Assembly: GCA_963730185.1 (NCBI GenBank)
Contig: CAVSQW010000015.1
Coordinates: 160,001-224,000, forward strand
Length of the DNA: 64,000 nt
DNA from: an uncultured Gemmatimonadales bacterium
GTDB lineage: Bacteria > Gemmatimonadota > Gemmatimonadetes > Gemmatimonadales > GWC2-71-9
Reading direction: 5' to 3'
Position 1 is the first letter of the stretch. Each line of letters opens with the position of its first letter. A model generated the notes under the pieces. It saw only the letters and a list, made by a program, of their open reading frames with translations. It made no database searches and was not told the DNA's origin. This document shows, piece by piece, positions 1 through 9,557 of this stretch. The position numbers and the translations under genes are program-made.

Positions 1-7
1 TCCGAAA

Positions 8-1324
8 ATGCGACGTTCCCCGCTCCTGATCCTGAGCCTCCTGGCCGGCGCGGCGACCGCCGCGGCCGGGCAGGCGCCGCTCCGGCTTGGATTGGCCGAC
101 GCCTTGGCGCGGGCGCGCGAGCACCATCCCGGGCTGATCGACGCCCGGATGGGGGCCGCGGTCCGCACCGCCCAGGCCGACGCCAGCCGGGCCGCGTTCC
201 TCCCCCAGGTCTCGGTGGACTGGGGACTGATTCGAACCGACGACCCGGTGGCCGTATTCGGCTCGAAGCTCCGTCAGGGGGTGTTCGCCGCGCCGGACCT
301 GGCGCTGGATGCCCTCAACTCGCCCGCCGCCGTGACCAACACGTCGGTCGGGGTCACGGTGGAGCAGCCCTTGGTGATGCCCGAGGCCTGGCTGGGCCGC
401 CGGGCCGCGCTGGCGGGGGCCGAGGCGGGCCGGCGTTTCGAGGCTCGGGCCGAGCAACTGACCGCGCTCGACGTGATCCAGGCCTACTTCGGCGCCCGGC
501 TGGCGCTGGAGCGGGTGGCGGTCATGGACACGTCGCTGGCCGCCGCCCGGCGGACTCTGGAGCAGGTCCGGGCCTTCCGTCGGGAGGGCCTGGTGACGGC
601 GGTCGACGAGCAGCTGGCGCTGGCCAAGGTGAGCGAGCTCGAGGCCGGCCGGGCGATGGCCGACGCCGACCGGGTCGGGTCGTCCGACCGGTTGCTGGTG
701 CTGCTCGGCGAGACCCCGGGCACGCGGGTGGAGCTGGTGGACCGGCTGGATGATGCGGTGCCGGCGTCGCCGGGCGGCGAGACGACGCGGGAGGACCTGG
801 CGGGGCTCGAGGCGGTGGTGAGAGCTCAACAGGCCGGCCTGGACCGGGCCCGGGCGCAGTGGATTCCCTCGGTGGGCGCCTTCGGCTCCCTGAATTGGAA
901 CCAGGGGAACTTCGGCGCGCTGGCGGGGCCGCGCCGCTGGACCGCGGGGGTGATGGTGCGCTGGAATCTGTTCCGGGGCTTCGCCGACGTGGCCGACTTG
1001 AACCGGGCCCGGGCGGAGCGCGACGCGGCCGAGCAACGCCTCGACGCCGCCCGCCGTCAAGCCGAGGCGGAGGTCCGGGCGGATTCGGCGAGAGTGGCGG
1101 CGTCGGCGGTCGCCCTGGATGCGGCCAACCGGGCGTTGACCCACGCCGAAGAAGCCGTGCGGGTTTCCGAGGCCAGATACGCTGGTGGGGTGGGGACGAT
1201 TTCCGAGCTGTTGGCGGTGCGGGCGGCGGAGTCCGGTCAGCGCCTGGCACGACTGGATGCGCTCCACCGAGCGCGGATTGCGCGGGCCGCGCTCGTCGTG
1301 GCCAAGGGAGGGATGCCCGAATGA
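8..1324 (+). CDS. TolC-family outer membrane efflux protein
   Basis: 438 aa, signal peptide, OEP-like helical repeats; first of TolC-MFP-RND trio. Confidence 0.85.
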   Translation: MRRSPLLILSLLAGAATAAAGQAPLRLGLADALARAREHHPGLIDARMGAAVRTAQADASRAAFLPQVSVDWGLIRTDDPVAVFGSKLRQGVFAAPDLALDALNSPAAVTNTSVGVTVEQPLVMPEAWLGRRAALAGAEAGRRFEARAEQLTALDVIQAYFGARLALERVAVMDTSLAAARRTLEQVRAFRREGLVTAVDEQLALAKVSELEAGRAMADADRVGSSDRLLVLLGETPGTRVELVDRLDDAVPASPGGETTREDLAGLEAVVRAQQAGLDRARAQWIPSVGAFGSLNWNQGNFGALAGPRRWTAGVMVRWNLFRGFADVADLNRARAERDAAEQRLDAARRQAEAEVRADSARVAASAVALDAANRALTHAEEAVRVSEARYAGGVGTISELLAVRAAESGQRLARLDALHRARIARAALVVAKGGMPE

Positions 1325-2364
1325 ACAAGTCGATCCTGGCGGTCGGAACCGCGGTCGCCCTGGTGATGGCCGCCGGCTGTGGCGGTGACCAGCCCGATGG
1401 GGCGGTGGAGCAGGGGCCGACGCGTGACGTCGCCGTGCTCCGGGTCGAGGCCGGCGGCGGCGGCGGCACCTATCGGGCGGCGGGCACGGTCCGGGCCCTC
1501 CGTCGAGCGGAACTGGCGACCCGGGTCATGGGTCGGATCGACGGGGTGAGTGTCCGGGCCGGTGATCGGGTCCGGACCGGCCAGACCCTGGTAACGATCG
1601 ACAAGGCCTCGCTCTCGGCCATGCGGCAGCAGGCCGACGCCGGCCTGGAGCTGGCCCGGGCGACCTTCCATCGGATGGAGCGTCTCTACGCCGACAGCGC
1701 GATCCCGGCGGCGCAGTTCGACCAGGCCAAGGCCGGGTACGAACAGGCCCAGGGGCAGTCGAAGGCCGCCACGTCCGAGCTGACCTACGCCGACCTGGTG
1801 GCGCCCTTCTCGGGTGTGGTCGCGGCCCGTAACGCCGACCCGGGCGATCTGGCGGTGCCCGGCCAGCCGGTGCTGGTGATCGAGGACGACGGTCCTCGGG
1901 AGGTGGTGGTGTCGGTGCCCGATCACGTGGCCGCGCAGATCAAGGTCGGGGAGGCCGTTCCGGTCGAGGTCGGCTCCGACGCCCGACGGATCGAGACCCG
2001 GGTCTCCGCCGTGGTCCGCTCGGCCGATCCGATCAGCCGGACCATCGAGGTTCGGCTCCGGACCGCCGAGCGGCTGCCGACCAACCTGACGGCGGTGGCT
2101 GAGTTTCCCACCGCGGCGCAGGGTGGGGGGAATCTGACCCTGCCGCGGAGCGCGGTGGTGGAGCGGGGACAGCTGGTGGGCGCGTTCGTGGTGGCGCCCG
2201 ACTCCACCCTGCGGCTCCGTTGGATCCGCCTGGGGCGGGTCCTGGGCGATCAGGTCGAGGTCGCGAGTGGCCTCGTGGCCGGCGATCTGGTGGCGCGGAG
2301 CCCGGGCTCGATCCAGGACGGTGAGCGGGTCCGGCCGATCGTGTCGGGGGAGAGTGGCCAGTGA
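1321..2364 (+). CDS. RND efflux periplasmic adaptor (MFP), lipoprotein
   Basis: ATG 1321 overlaps TolC stop; lipobox-like MAAGC; lipoyl motifs GDRVRTGQTL and APFSGVV. Confidence 0.88.
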   Translation: MNKSILAVGTAVALVMAAGCGGDQPDGAVEQGPTRDVAVLRVEAGGGGGTYRAAGTVRALRRAELATRVMGRIDGVSVRAGDRVRTGQTLVTIDKASLSAMRQQADAGLELARATFHRMERLYADSAIPAAQFDQAKAGYEQAQGQSKAATSELTYADLVAPFSGVVAARNADPGDLAVPGQPVLVIEDDGPREVVVSVPDHVAAQIKVGEAVPVEVGSDARRIETRVSAVVRSADPISRTIEVRLRTAERLPTNLTAVAEFPTAAQGGGNLTLPRSAVVERGQLVGAFVVAPDSTLRLRWIRLGRVLGDQVEVASGLVAGDLVARSPGSIQDGERVRPIVSGESGQ

Positions 2365-5300
2365 AAACCGGACTGTCGGGCCGGATCGCTCAGGCCTTCC
2401 TGCAGAGCAAACTGACGCCGCTCCTGATCGTGGCGTCGGTGGTGGCGGGGGTGGGCGGCGTCCTCACCACTCCCCGCGAGGAAGAGCCGCAGATCAGCGT
2501 GCCGATGATCGACGTGTTCGTCGCCGCGCCGGGCGATTCGCCGGCCGAGGTGGAGCGGCGGCAGGTGGAGCCGCTGGAACGCCGTCTGTGGGAGATCCCC
2601 GGCGTCGAGCACCTCTACAGCACCATCTCGCCGGACGGCGGGATGACCATCGTCCGCTTCAAGGTGGGCGACGACCCCGAAGAGAGCCTGGTCAAGGTCT
2701 ACTCCAAGCTGAGCGGGACGCCGGCCTTGGTGAAGCTCCATACCATCGACGACGTGCCCGTGTTGGCCCTGACCCTGCACGGCGGCGGCTACGACGCCTT
2801 TCAGCTCCGCCAGATCGCGGCCGAGCTCCGGGCCGAGATCGAGCGGCTGCCGGACGTGGCTCAGGTGGAGCTGATTGGCGGGGCGCCGCGGGTGGTGACG
2901 GTGGAGCCCGATCCGGTCCGGCTCGCGAGTCACGGGCTGAGCGCGCCCGCCCTGGCCGACGCCCTCCGGGGCGCCAACGTGCTCCTCCCCGCGGGAACGG
3001 TGCTCGAGGCCAACCGCTCGCTCCCGGTGCGGGCGGGCGGCCTGCTCACCTCGGCCGACGACGTGGGGGCGGTGCTGGTCGGGGTGCACCAGGGCCGGGG
3101 CGTCCGGGTGTCGGACGTGGCGGCCGTGTCGGACGGGCCGGCGGAGCCGGTCTGGTACGTGAGCCACGTGACGGGGAGCACGAGCGAGCCGGCCGTGACC
3201 ATCTCGGTCGCCAAGCGGCCCGGCGTCAACGCCGCCGACTTGGCCGACGCCATTCTGAACCGGACCCACGACCTCTCCGGCCGGCTGGTGCCGAGCGATC
3301 TCCAGGTGACGATAACCCGGAACTACGGCGAGACGGCCAACGAGAAGGCCCAGGAGCTGCTGAGCCACATCCTGATCGCCACGGTGGGCGTGGCGGTGCT
3401 GGTCTGGCTGGCGCTGGGCTGGCGCGAGGCCCTGATCGTCCTGGTGGCCGTGCCCGTGACCCTGGCGCTCACCCTGCTCGTCTACCGGTTGCTGGGGTAC
3501 ACCCTGAACCGGATCACCCTCTTCGCCCTGGTGTTCGCGATCGGGATCCTGGTCGACGACGCCATCGTGGTGGTCGAGAACATCGCCCGGCACCTGGCCA
3601 TGCGGCGCCGGTCGCCGACCGAAGCCGCGGTCGAAGGGGTGGACGAGGTGGGGAACCCCACGATCCTGGCCACCTTCACGGTGATCGCGGCGATTCTCCC
3701 GATGGCGTTCGTCACCGGGTTGATGGGCCCCTACATGCGGCCCATCCCGGTGGGGGCCTCGCTGGCGATGCTCTTCTCTCTCGCGGTGGCGTTCATCGCC
3801 ACGCCGTACCTGGCCCTCCGGCTGGTCAAGGAGGCCTCACACGGCGAGGGCGAGGGCGAGGGGCACCCGCCGGGCCGGATGGCGCGGGTCTACCGGGGCT
3901 TGCTCGAGCGCCTGCTGGCCAATCGGGCCCAGCGCTGGACCGCCTACGTGGTGGTGGTGCTTCTGCTGCTCGGATCGGTGACGCTGGTGGTGACCGGGTT
4001 GGTGACGGTCAAGATGCTGCCCTTCGACAACAAGAGCGAGTTCCAGGTAGTGCTCGACTTCCCGGAGGGCACCACCCTGGAGACCAGCTCGCGGGCCGCG
4101 CACGAGATTGCCGAGGCGCTGGTGAAGGATCCGGCGGTTCGGGACGTGCAGGTGTATGCCGGCACGGCGTCGCCCTTCAACTTCAACGGCCTGGTCCGGC
4201 ACTACTTCCTGCGCCAGGGCCCGGAGGTGGCCGATTTGCAGGTCAACCTCCGGCCCAAAGACGAGCGCTCGGATCAGAGCCACGCCATCGCGGTCCGGCT
4301 CCGGCCGGCGGTCGTGGCCGTGGCCGAGCGCTACGGCGCCCGGTCCAAGGTGGCGGAGATCCCGCCCGGTCCGCCGGTGTTCGCCACGCTCACGGCCGAG
4401 GTGTTCGGACCCGACGACTCCACCCGCCGGGCGGTGGCCGAGCGGGTCCGCTCGGCGTTCGACAGCACCGAGGGGATCGTCGACGTGGACTGGACCCTGG
4501 CCGATCCCAGCCAGGAGCTCCGGGTCTTGGCCCGGAACGAGGCGGCGACCCTGACCGGCTTCGTGACCGCCGATCTGGCCGGGAACCTGGCGGCGGTGGG
4601 CGGGCTCGACGCCGGGACCCTGCACGACCCGCGGTCGGCCGAGCCGGTGCCGATCTCGGTCCGGCTGCCAGCGGTGGACCGGGTCGGGGTGGAACCGCTC
4701 CAGAGCCTGCCGATGCTGTCGCGGGCCGGCGTGGTGGTGCCGGCCTCGGCGGTGGCGGACGTGAGGGAGGTGCCGCGGCTCGAGTCCCGGTACCGGAAGG
4801 ACCTGAAGCCGGTGATCTACGTGACCGCCGACGTCGCCGGGGCCATCGAGGCGCCGGTCTACGCGATGCTCCAGGTCGACCCGATCCTGACCCGGGCCGG
4901 CGTGGCCACCACCTGGCGGGGGGCGGAGACGGCCACCGAGCAGGCCAGCGTGAACTGGGATGGCGAGTGGCAAATCACCTACGAGGTGTTCCGCGACCTC
5001 GGGGTCGCGTTCGCGGCGGTGCTGGTGCTGATCTACTTCCTGGTGGTCGCCTGGTTCCAGTCGTTCAAGACCCCGTTGGTGATCATGGCGCCGATCCCTC
5101 TCACCCTGATCGGCATCCTGCCGGCTCACGCGGTGGGCGGAGCGTTCTTTACGGCGACGTCGATGATCGGGATGATCGCGCTGGCCGGGATCATCGTCCG
5201 GAACTCCATTCTGCTGGTCGACTTCACCGAGCTGGCCCGGGAGCGGGGCCGTTCGGTCAAGGAGGCCGTGATCGAGGCGGGGCTGATCCGAGCTCGCCCG

Positions 5301-5459
5301 ATCGTGCTCACCGCCGCGGCCGTGGTGATCGGGGGCGCGGTGATGGTCAGCGACCCGATCTTCCAAGGGCTCGGGTTGGCCCTGATGTCCGGCGCCGTGG
5401 TCGCGACTCTGCTCACGCTGGTGTTGATCCCGCTGCTCTACGCGGAGGTGGAAGCATGA
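2361..5459 (+). CDS. RND efflux permease (AcrB/AcrD/AcrF family)
   Basis: 1032 aa; GILVDDAIVVVENI, GIIVRNSILLVDF and RARPIVLT motifs. Confidence 0.93.
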   Translation: MKTGLSGRIAQAFLQSKLTPLLIVASVVAGVGGVLTTPREEEPQISVPMIDVFVAAPGDSPAEVERRQVEPLERRLWEIPGVEHLYSTISPDGGMTIVRFKVGDDPEESLVKVYSKLSGTPALVKLHTIDDVPVLALTLHGGGYDAFQLRQIAAELRAEIERLPDVAQVELIGGAPRVVTVEPDPVRLASHGLSAPALADALRGANVLLPAGTVLEANRSLPVRAGGLLTSADDVGAVLVGVHQGRGVRVSDVAAVSDGPAEPVWYVSHVTGSTSEPAVTISVAKRPGVNAADLADAILNRTHDLSGRLVPSDLQVTITRNYGETANEKAQELLSHILIATVGVAVLVWLALGWREALIVLVAVPVTLALTLLVYRLLGYTLNRITLFALVFAIGILVDDAIVVVENIARHLAMRRRSPTEAAVEGVDEVGNPTILATFTVIAAILPMAFVTGLMGPYMRPIPVGASLAMLFSLAVAFIATPYLALRLVKEASHGEGEGEGHPPGRMARVYRGLLERLLANRAQRWTAYVVVVLLLLGSVTLVVTGLVTVKMLPFDNKSEFQVVLDFPEGTTLETSSRAAHEIAEALVKDPAVRDVQVYAGTASPFNFNGLVRHYFLRQGPEVADLQVNLRPKDERSDQSHAIAVRLRPAVVAVAERYGARSKVAEIPPGPPVFATLTAEVFGPDDSTRRAVAERVRSAFDSTEGIVDVDWTLADPSQELRVLARNEAATLTGFVTADLAGNLAAVGGLDAGTLHDPRSAEPVPISVRLPAVDRVGVEPLQSLPMLSRAGVVVPASAVADVREVPRLESRYRKDLKPVIYVTADVAGAIEAPVYAMLQVDPILTRAGVATTWRGAETATEQASVNWDGEWQITYEVFRDLGVAFAAVLVLIYFLVVAWFQSFKTPLVIMAPIPLTLIGILPAHAVGGAFFTATSMIGMIALAGIIVRNSILLVDFTELARERGRSVKEAVIEAGLIRARPIVLTAAAVVIGGAVMVSDPIFQGLGLALMSGAVVATLLTLVLIPLLYAEVEA

Positions 5460-5746
5460 AGCTCCTGGTGGTGGCGGTCGACAAGGAGAACGAATCCGAC
5501 GTGATCCGGGTGCTGGAGGACACGGTGGTCTCCGGGTACTCGATCATTCCCCGCGTGCTGGGCCGCGGGGCGACGGGGGCGCATCTCGGGACCCGGGCAT
5601 TCCCGGGGGAGAACGCGATGGTGGTGGCACTGGTGCCCGCCGCCAAGGTGGAGCCGCTCAAGGAGTCGCTGGCGGCCTTGCATGAACGGCTCCGGCCGGG
5701 TCAGGGCCTGACGGCCCTGGTGCTGGACGCCGACCGTCTCGTTTGA
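5456..5746 (+). CDS. PII-like transporter-associated protein
   Basis: 96 aa, ATGA overlap with RND stop; SGYSIIPRVLGRG resembles the PII-like fold. Confidence 0.7.
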   Translation: MKLLVVAVDKENESDVIRVLEDTVVSGYSIIPRVLGRGATGAHLGTRAFPGENAMVVALVPAAKVEPLKESLAALHERLRPGQGLTALVLDADRLV

Positions 5747-5754
5747 GGAGAACC

Positions 5755-6027
5755 ATGAAACCGATGCCGATGCACTACGCGATCCGGCTGGTGGCCGGGA
5801 CCTTCGTCCTTGCCTCCTTGGCGCTGGGACACTGGGTGAACCCACTCTGGTACCTGTTCACCGCGTTCGTCGGGGTGAACCTGATCCAGTCGGCCTTCAC
5901 CCGCTGGTGCCTGATGGAGAAGATCCTGGCCGGCTTGGGCTTGGTGCCGGTGGAGCGTCCCGGCGGCGCGCCCGGCCGCGGCCCCTTGCCGGGCCGGAAC
6001 GATGCCGACACCATCCATCAGCGGTAG
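5755..6027 (+). CDS. DUF2892/YgaP-like membrane protein
   Basis: GAGGAG RBS; IRLVAG...FVGVNLIQSAFTRWCLME signature. Confidence 0.85.
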   Translation: MKPMPMHYAIRLVAGTFVLASLALGHWVNPLWYLFTAFVGVNLIQSAFTRWCLMEKILAGLGLVPVERPGGAPGRGPLPGRNDADTIHQR

Positions 6028-6041
6028 GTAAGGAGAACGCC

Positions 6042-6488
6042 GTGACCAAGACCATGGCCGAACGCCCCGCGACCGTGCGGTGCCCGTTCTGCGAGCAGCT
6101 CAATCGGGTGGACCTGGCCCGGCTGGCCAGCGGGCCCAAGTGCGGCGGGTGCAGTCGGCCCCTCCACCTCGACCGGCCGGTCAAGTCCACCTCGGAGGAC
6201 TTCGACCAGACGCTGGCGGGAACCGCCGTCCCGATCCTGGTGGATTTCTACGCCGACTGGTGTGGTCCCTGCCGGATGATGGCCCCGGCGATCGACGACC
6301 TGGCGGCCACCCGGGCCGGCGAGGTGCTGGTCCTCAAGGTCGACACCGATCGGGCCCAGGACCTGGTGATGCGGTTCGGGATCCGAGGGATCCCGACTCT
6401 GATCGCCTTCCGGGACGGCAAGGAGATCGGCCGGCACGTGGGGCTGGCCCAGCGGCGCGAGCTCGACGCGCTGGTCGGGGCAGGGTAG
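6042..6488 (+). CDS. trxC: Thioredoxin 2 with N-terminal zinc finger
   Basis: AAGGAG RBS then GTG 6042; CPFC and CGGC zinc pairs; WCGPC active site. Confidence 0.9.
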   Translation: MTKTMAERPATVRCPFCEQLNRVDLARLASGPKCGGCSRPLHLDRPVKSTSEDFDQTLAGTAVPILVDFYADWCGPCRMMAPAIDDLAATRAGEVLVLKVDTDRAQDLVMRFGIRGIPTLIAFRDGKEIGRHVGLAQRRELDALVGAG

Positions 6489-6504
6489 GGGCCGCTGCGG
6501 CGCG

Positions 6505-7065
6505 GTGCGAGGCTTCCTCCTTGGCGGCCTGGCGTGCTGGGGGGCGGTGGCCGCCCGCCCGGCGGCGGCCCAGGCGATCGGCGAAGCGGCCCTCGTCGGG
6601 GTGGGTGGCTACGAGTGGGGCGATGCCCACAACGGCGCGCTGGCCGGCGGCGTCGCCCGGTTCGCGCTCCAGCACGGCGCCTTCAGCGTCGGTCCCGAGC
6701 TTCTGGTGGCCAATGGCCGCTCCCTTCGGGTCCGGGCCCTATCGGGCGTGGCCCGGGTTCGTCAGGGACGGGGCTGGGCTCGTCCTTATCTGCTCGTGGG
6801 CCTCGGCGCCTACGCCTGGCAGGACCGGGTGGTGCTCGAGCCGCCGGTGCTCGCCGGAGCGGCCGGAGCGGTCCCGACGACCGACTACTGGCGCGAGACC
6901 CGCTACTTCTCGGGCAGCCTCGGTACCGGAGTCGCGATCGGGTCGCCGGGGGGGCGGCCCGAAGTCGTCCTCGAAGCCCGGTGGCACCGGAATCTCAGCC
7001 AACGCGAGGAGGCCGGTGCCCGGAGCGTTCTCACCGTGGGAGTCGGTCTTCAGTTCGTCTGGTAG
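6505..7065 (+). CDS. Outer-membrane beta-barrel-like protein
   Basis: Signal peptide (AAAQA), amphipathic strands, C-terminal aromatic GLQFVW. Confidence 0.6.
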   Translation: MRGFLLGGLACWGAVAARPAAAQAIGEAALVGVGGYEWGDAHNGALAGGVARFALQHGAFSVGPELLVANGRSLRVRALSGVARVRQGRGWARPYLLVGLGAYAWQDRVVLEPPVLAGAAGAVPTTDYWRETRYFSGSLGTGVAIGSPGGRPEVVLEARWHRNLSQREEAGARSVLTVGVGLQFVW

Positions 7066-7078
7066 CCGGGCGCCCGTG

Positions 7079-7108
7079 TTGACGCGCCAATCGGCCGCCG
7101 TCTAGCTT
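7079..7108 (+). promoter_or_regulatory. Putative sigma70 promoter for mscS-cysS
   Basis: TTGACG-N18-TAGCTT. Confidence 0.5.
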
Positions 7109-7147
7109 CTCCCCCGATCCCATCCTTCCGGTGAGGCCAGACCCGAC

Positions 7148-8080
7148 GTGCCCGTGACGCTCTTCCTGCCTGACCTCCTCCAGCGTGTGGCGCAGTTCCT
7201 CGGCGTGAGTCCAGACCAGGTCACCTCGGTGCTGCTCGAGAAGTCGGGCAAGCTGGTGTTCATCTGGGCCGGTGCCTGGGTTGTCTACCGGCTGGTCAAA
7301 CTCCTGGCCGCCCGGATCGTCGCGTCGGTCGACGACGGCAACGATGCCGTGATGACGGCCGCGGAGAAGCGGGGGCATACCATCGCGACGCTGGTCCGGA
7401 GCACCGGCCGGATCGCGATCATCGTGATGGCCGCGTTGTTGAGTCTGGCCGAGTTCATCAACATCGGCCCGCTGCTGGCCGGGGCCGGGGTGTTCGGGCT
7501 GGCGGTGTCGTTCGGCGCCCAGTCGCTGGTCAAGGACGTGATCAGCGGGTTCTTCCTGATGATCGAGAACGGCTTCGCCGTGGGCGACGTGATCGAGGCG
7601 GGTGGGAAGACCGGTGTGGTGGAGCGACTCACCCTCCGGGTCGTGTACCTTCGCGACCTGCGCGGCGTGCTCCATATCGTGCGGAACGGCCAGATCGAGA
7701 CGGTGAGCAACTTCACCAACGGCTGGTCGCGGGCGGTGGTGGAGGTCGACGTGGCCTACGACGCCAATGTGGACCGGGCCCTCGCGGTCTTCCGGGACGA
7801 GGTCGCCAAGCTGGCCGCCGATCTCGCCTGGAACGGTCATCTCGACGGCCCGCCCGAAGTGACCGGGATCGAGAACCTGGGCGAGAGCGGGGTGACCATC
7901 CGCACCCTGATCCGGACTGCGCCCGGGCAGCATTGGGCGGTGGCCCGGGAGCTCCGCCGCCGGCTCAAGAACCGGCTCGACGCTGAAGGGATCGAGATCC
8001 CGTTCCCGCAACGGACCATCCACATCCGGCCCGCCGATTCGGAGCCGGCGGCCCCTCCCATCGCCGCCAAGGACGGGTAA
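7148..8080 (+). CDS. Small-conductance mechanosensitive channel (MscS family)
   Basis: LAGAGVFGLAVSFGAQSLVKDVISG; GIEIPFPQRTIH. Confidence 0.92.
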   Translation: MPVTLFLPDLLQRVAQFLGVSPDQVTSVLLEKSGKLVFIWAGAWVVYRLVKLLAARIVASVDDGNDAVMTAAEKRGHTIATLVRSTGRIAIIVMAALLSLAEFINIGPLLAGAGVFGLAVSFGAQSLVKDVISGFFLMIENGFAVGDVIEAGGKTGVVERLTLRVVYLRDLRGVLHIVRNGQIETVSNFTNGWSRAVVEVDVAYDANVDRALAVFRDEVAKLAADLAWNGHLDGPPEVTGIENLGESGVTIRTLIRTAPGQHWAVARELRRRLKNRLDAEGIEIPFPQRTIHIRPADSEPAAPPIAAKDG

Positions 8081-8081
8081 C

Positions 8082-9506
8082 GTGGGTCTTTCGCTCTACA
8101 ACACGCTCACCCGCCGACTCGATCCGTTCGAGCCGCTGGCGCCGCCCCGGGTCACCCTCTATTCCTGCGGCCCCACCGTCTGGAACTACGCCCACATCGG
8201 GAACTTCCGGACCTTTCTGTTCGTGGACCTGCTCCGCCGCTGGCTCGAAGCGAGCGGATACCAGGTCTTCCACATCATGAACCTGACGGACGTCGACGAC
8301 CGGATCATCCGCGAGGCGACGGCCAAGGGCATCACCCTCGACGCCCTGGTGACGCCGTTCATTGACGCCTTCTACCAGGATCGGGACTATCTCCGGATCC
8401 GGCCGGCTCACGAGTACCCGCGCGCCACCCACCACATCGCCGCGATGGTCCGGCTGGTCGAGGGCCTGCTGGCCAACGGCACCGCCTATCGGGGCGACGA
8501 CGGCTCGGTCTACTTCGCGATCGACCGGTTTCCGGCCTATGGGCGGCTCTCGCAACTCGACCGGCGGGAGCTCAAGGCCGGCGGGAGCGGCCGGGTGGCC
8601 AGCGACGAGTATGCCAAGGAGAACGCCCAGGACTTCGTGCTCTGGAAGGCGGCCAAGCCCGAGGACGAGGCCGCCGGCGCGGCCTGGGACGCCCCCTTCG
8701 GCCGGGGCCGTCCAGGGTGGCACCTGGAGTGCTCGGCCATGGCGCTCGAGCTGATCGGGGAGCGATACGGCGCCCGGGTGCTGGACCTCCACACCGGCGG
8801 CGTCGACTTGATCTTTCCCCACCACGAGGACGAGATCGCCCAGAGCTGCGCCTACACCGGCCAGTCGGACTTCGCCCGGGTCTGGCTCCACGGCGCGTTT
8901 CTCAACGTGCGCGGCGCCAAGATGTCCAAGCGGTTCGGCAACATCACCACGGCGCGCGATCTCGAGGCCGACGGGGTGGATCCGGCCGCGATCCGGCTCC
9001 TGATGTCGCAAACCCACTATCGCCAGCCGTTCGACCTGACCGACGAGGGACTGGAGGCGGCCCGAGAGGGCTCCCGGCGGCTGGGCGACATGGACCGGCG
9101 GCTCCAGGCCTCGGCGGGGGCAGGTGGGGCGCTCGACGAGCTGGTCGCCCGGACCGACGCCGACTTCCGCGCCGCCCTCGACGACGACCTCAACGCGCCC
9201 CGGGCGGTCGCGGCCGTGTTCGACTTCGTCCGCGAGGCAAACCGGATGCTGGATGGGGGCGCGAAGATCGGGGAGCCCGCCCGGGCGGCGTGGCGGCGGT
9301 GGACCGGTGAGGTGCTGGACGTGCTGCCGTCCCGTCAGGCGGTGGACGCGGAGCTGGCCGAGTGGGTCGAGGCCCGGCTGGCCGAGCGGGCTCAGGCCAA
9401 GAAACAGCGCGACTTCGGACGGGCCGACGCGATCCGGGCCGAGCTGACCGGCCGGGGGATCGTGGTCGAGGATACTCCGGCCGGGCCCAAGTGGCGGCTG
9501 GGCTGA
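8082..9506 (+). CDS. cysS: Cysteine--tRNA ligase
   Basis: CGPTV, HIGN, GRPGWHLECSAM, FPHHEDE, KMSKR motifs. Confidence 0.96.
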   Translation: MGLSLYNTLTRRLDPFEPLAPPRVTLYSCGPTVWNYAHIGNFRTFLFVDLLRRWLEASGYQVFHIMNLTDVDDRIIREATAKGITLDALVTPFIDAFYQDRDYLRIRPAHEYPRATHHIAAMVRLVEGLLANGTAYRGDDGSVYFAIDRFPAYGRLSQLDRRELKAGGSGRVASDEYAKENAQDFVLWKAAKPEDEAAGAAWDAPFGRGRPGWHLECSAMALELIGERYGARVLDLHTGGVDLIFPHHEDEIAQSCAYTGQSDFARVWLHGAFLNVRGAKMSKRFGNITTARDLEADGVDPAAIRLLMSQTHYRQPFDLTDEGLEAAREGSRRLGDMDRRLQASAGAGGALDELVARTDADFRAALDDDLNAPRAVAAVFDFVREANRMLDGGAKIGEPARAAWRRWTGEVLDVLPSRQAVDAELAEWVEARLAERAQAKKQRDFGRADAIRAELTGRGIVVEDTPAGPKWRLG

Positions 9507-9557
9507 TCGTTCCGCCCCTTCCCGGGCCGATCCCCCTGCCCCGGTCCTCGGGACCGA

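Noticed and set aside
2267..5455. 1159-aa Arg/Gly-rich ORF overlapping the RND gene (and the similar 42598-45726 ORF)
   Set aside because: Alternative-frame artefacts; only the last 96 codons (5456-5746) of the first form a credible gene
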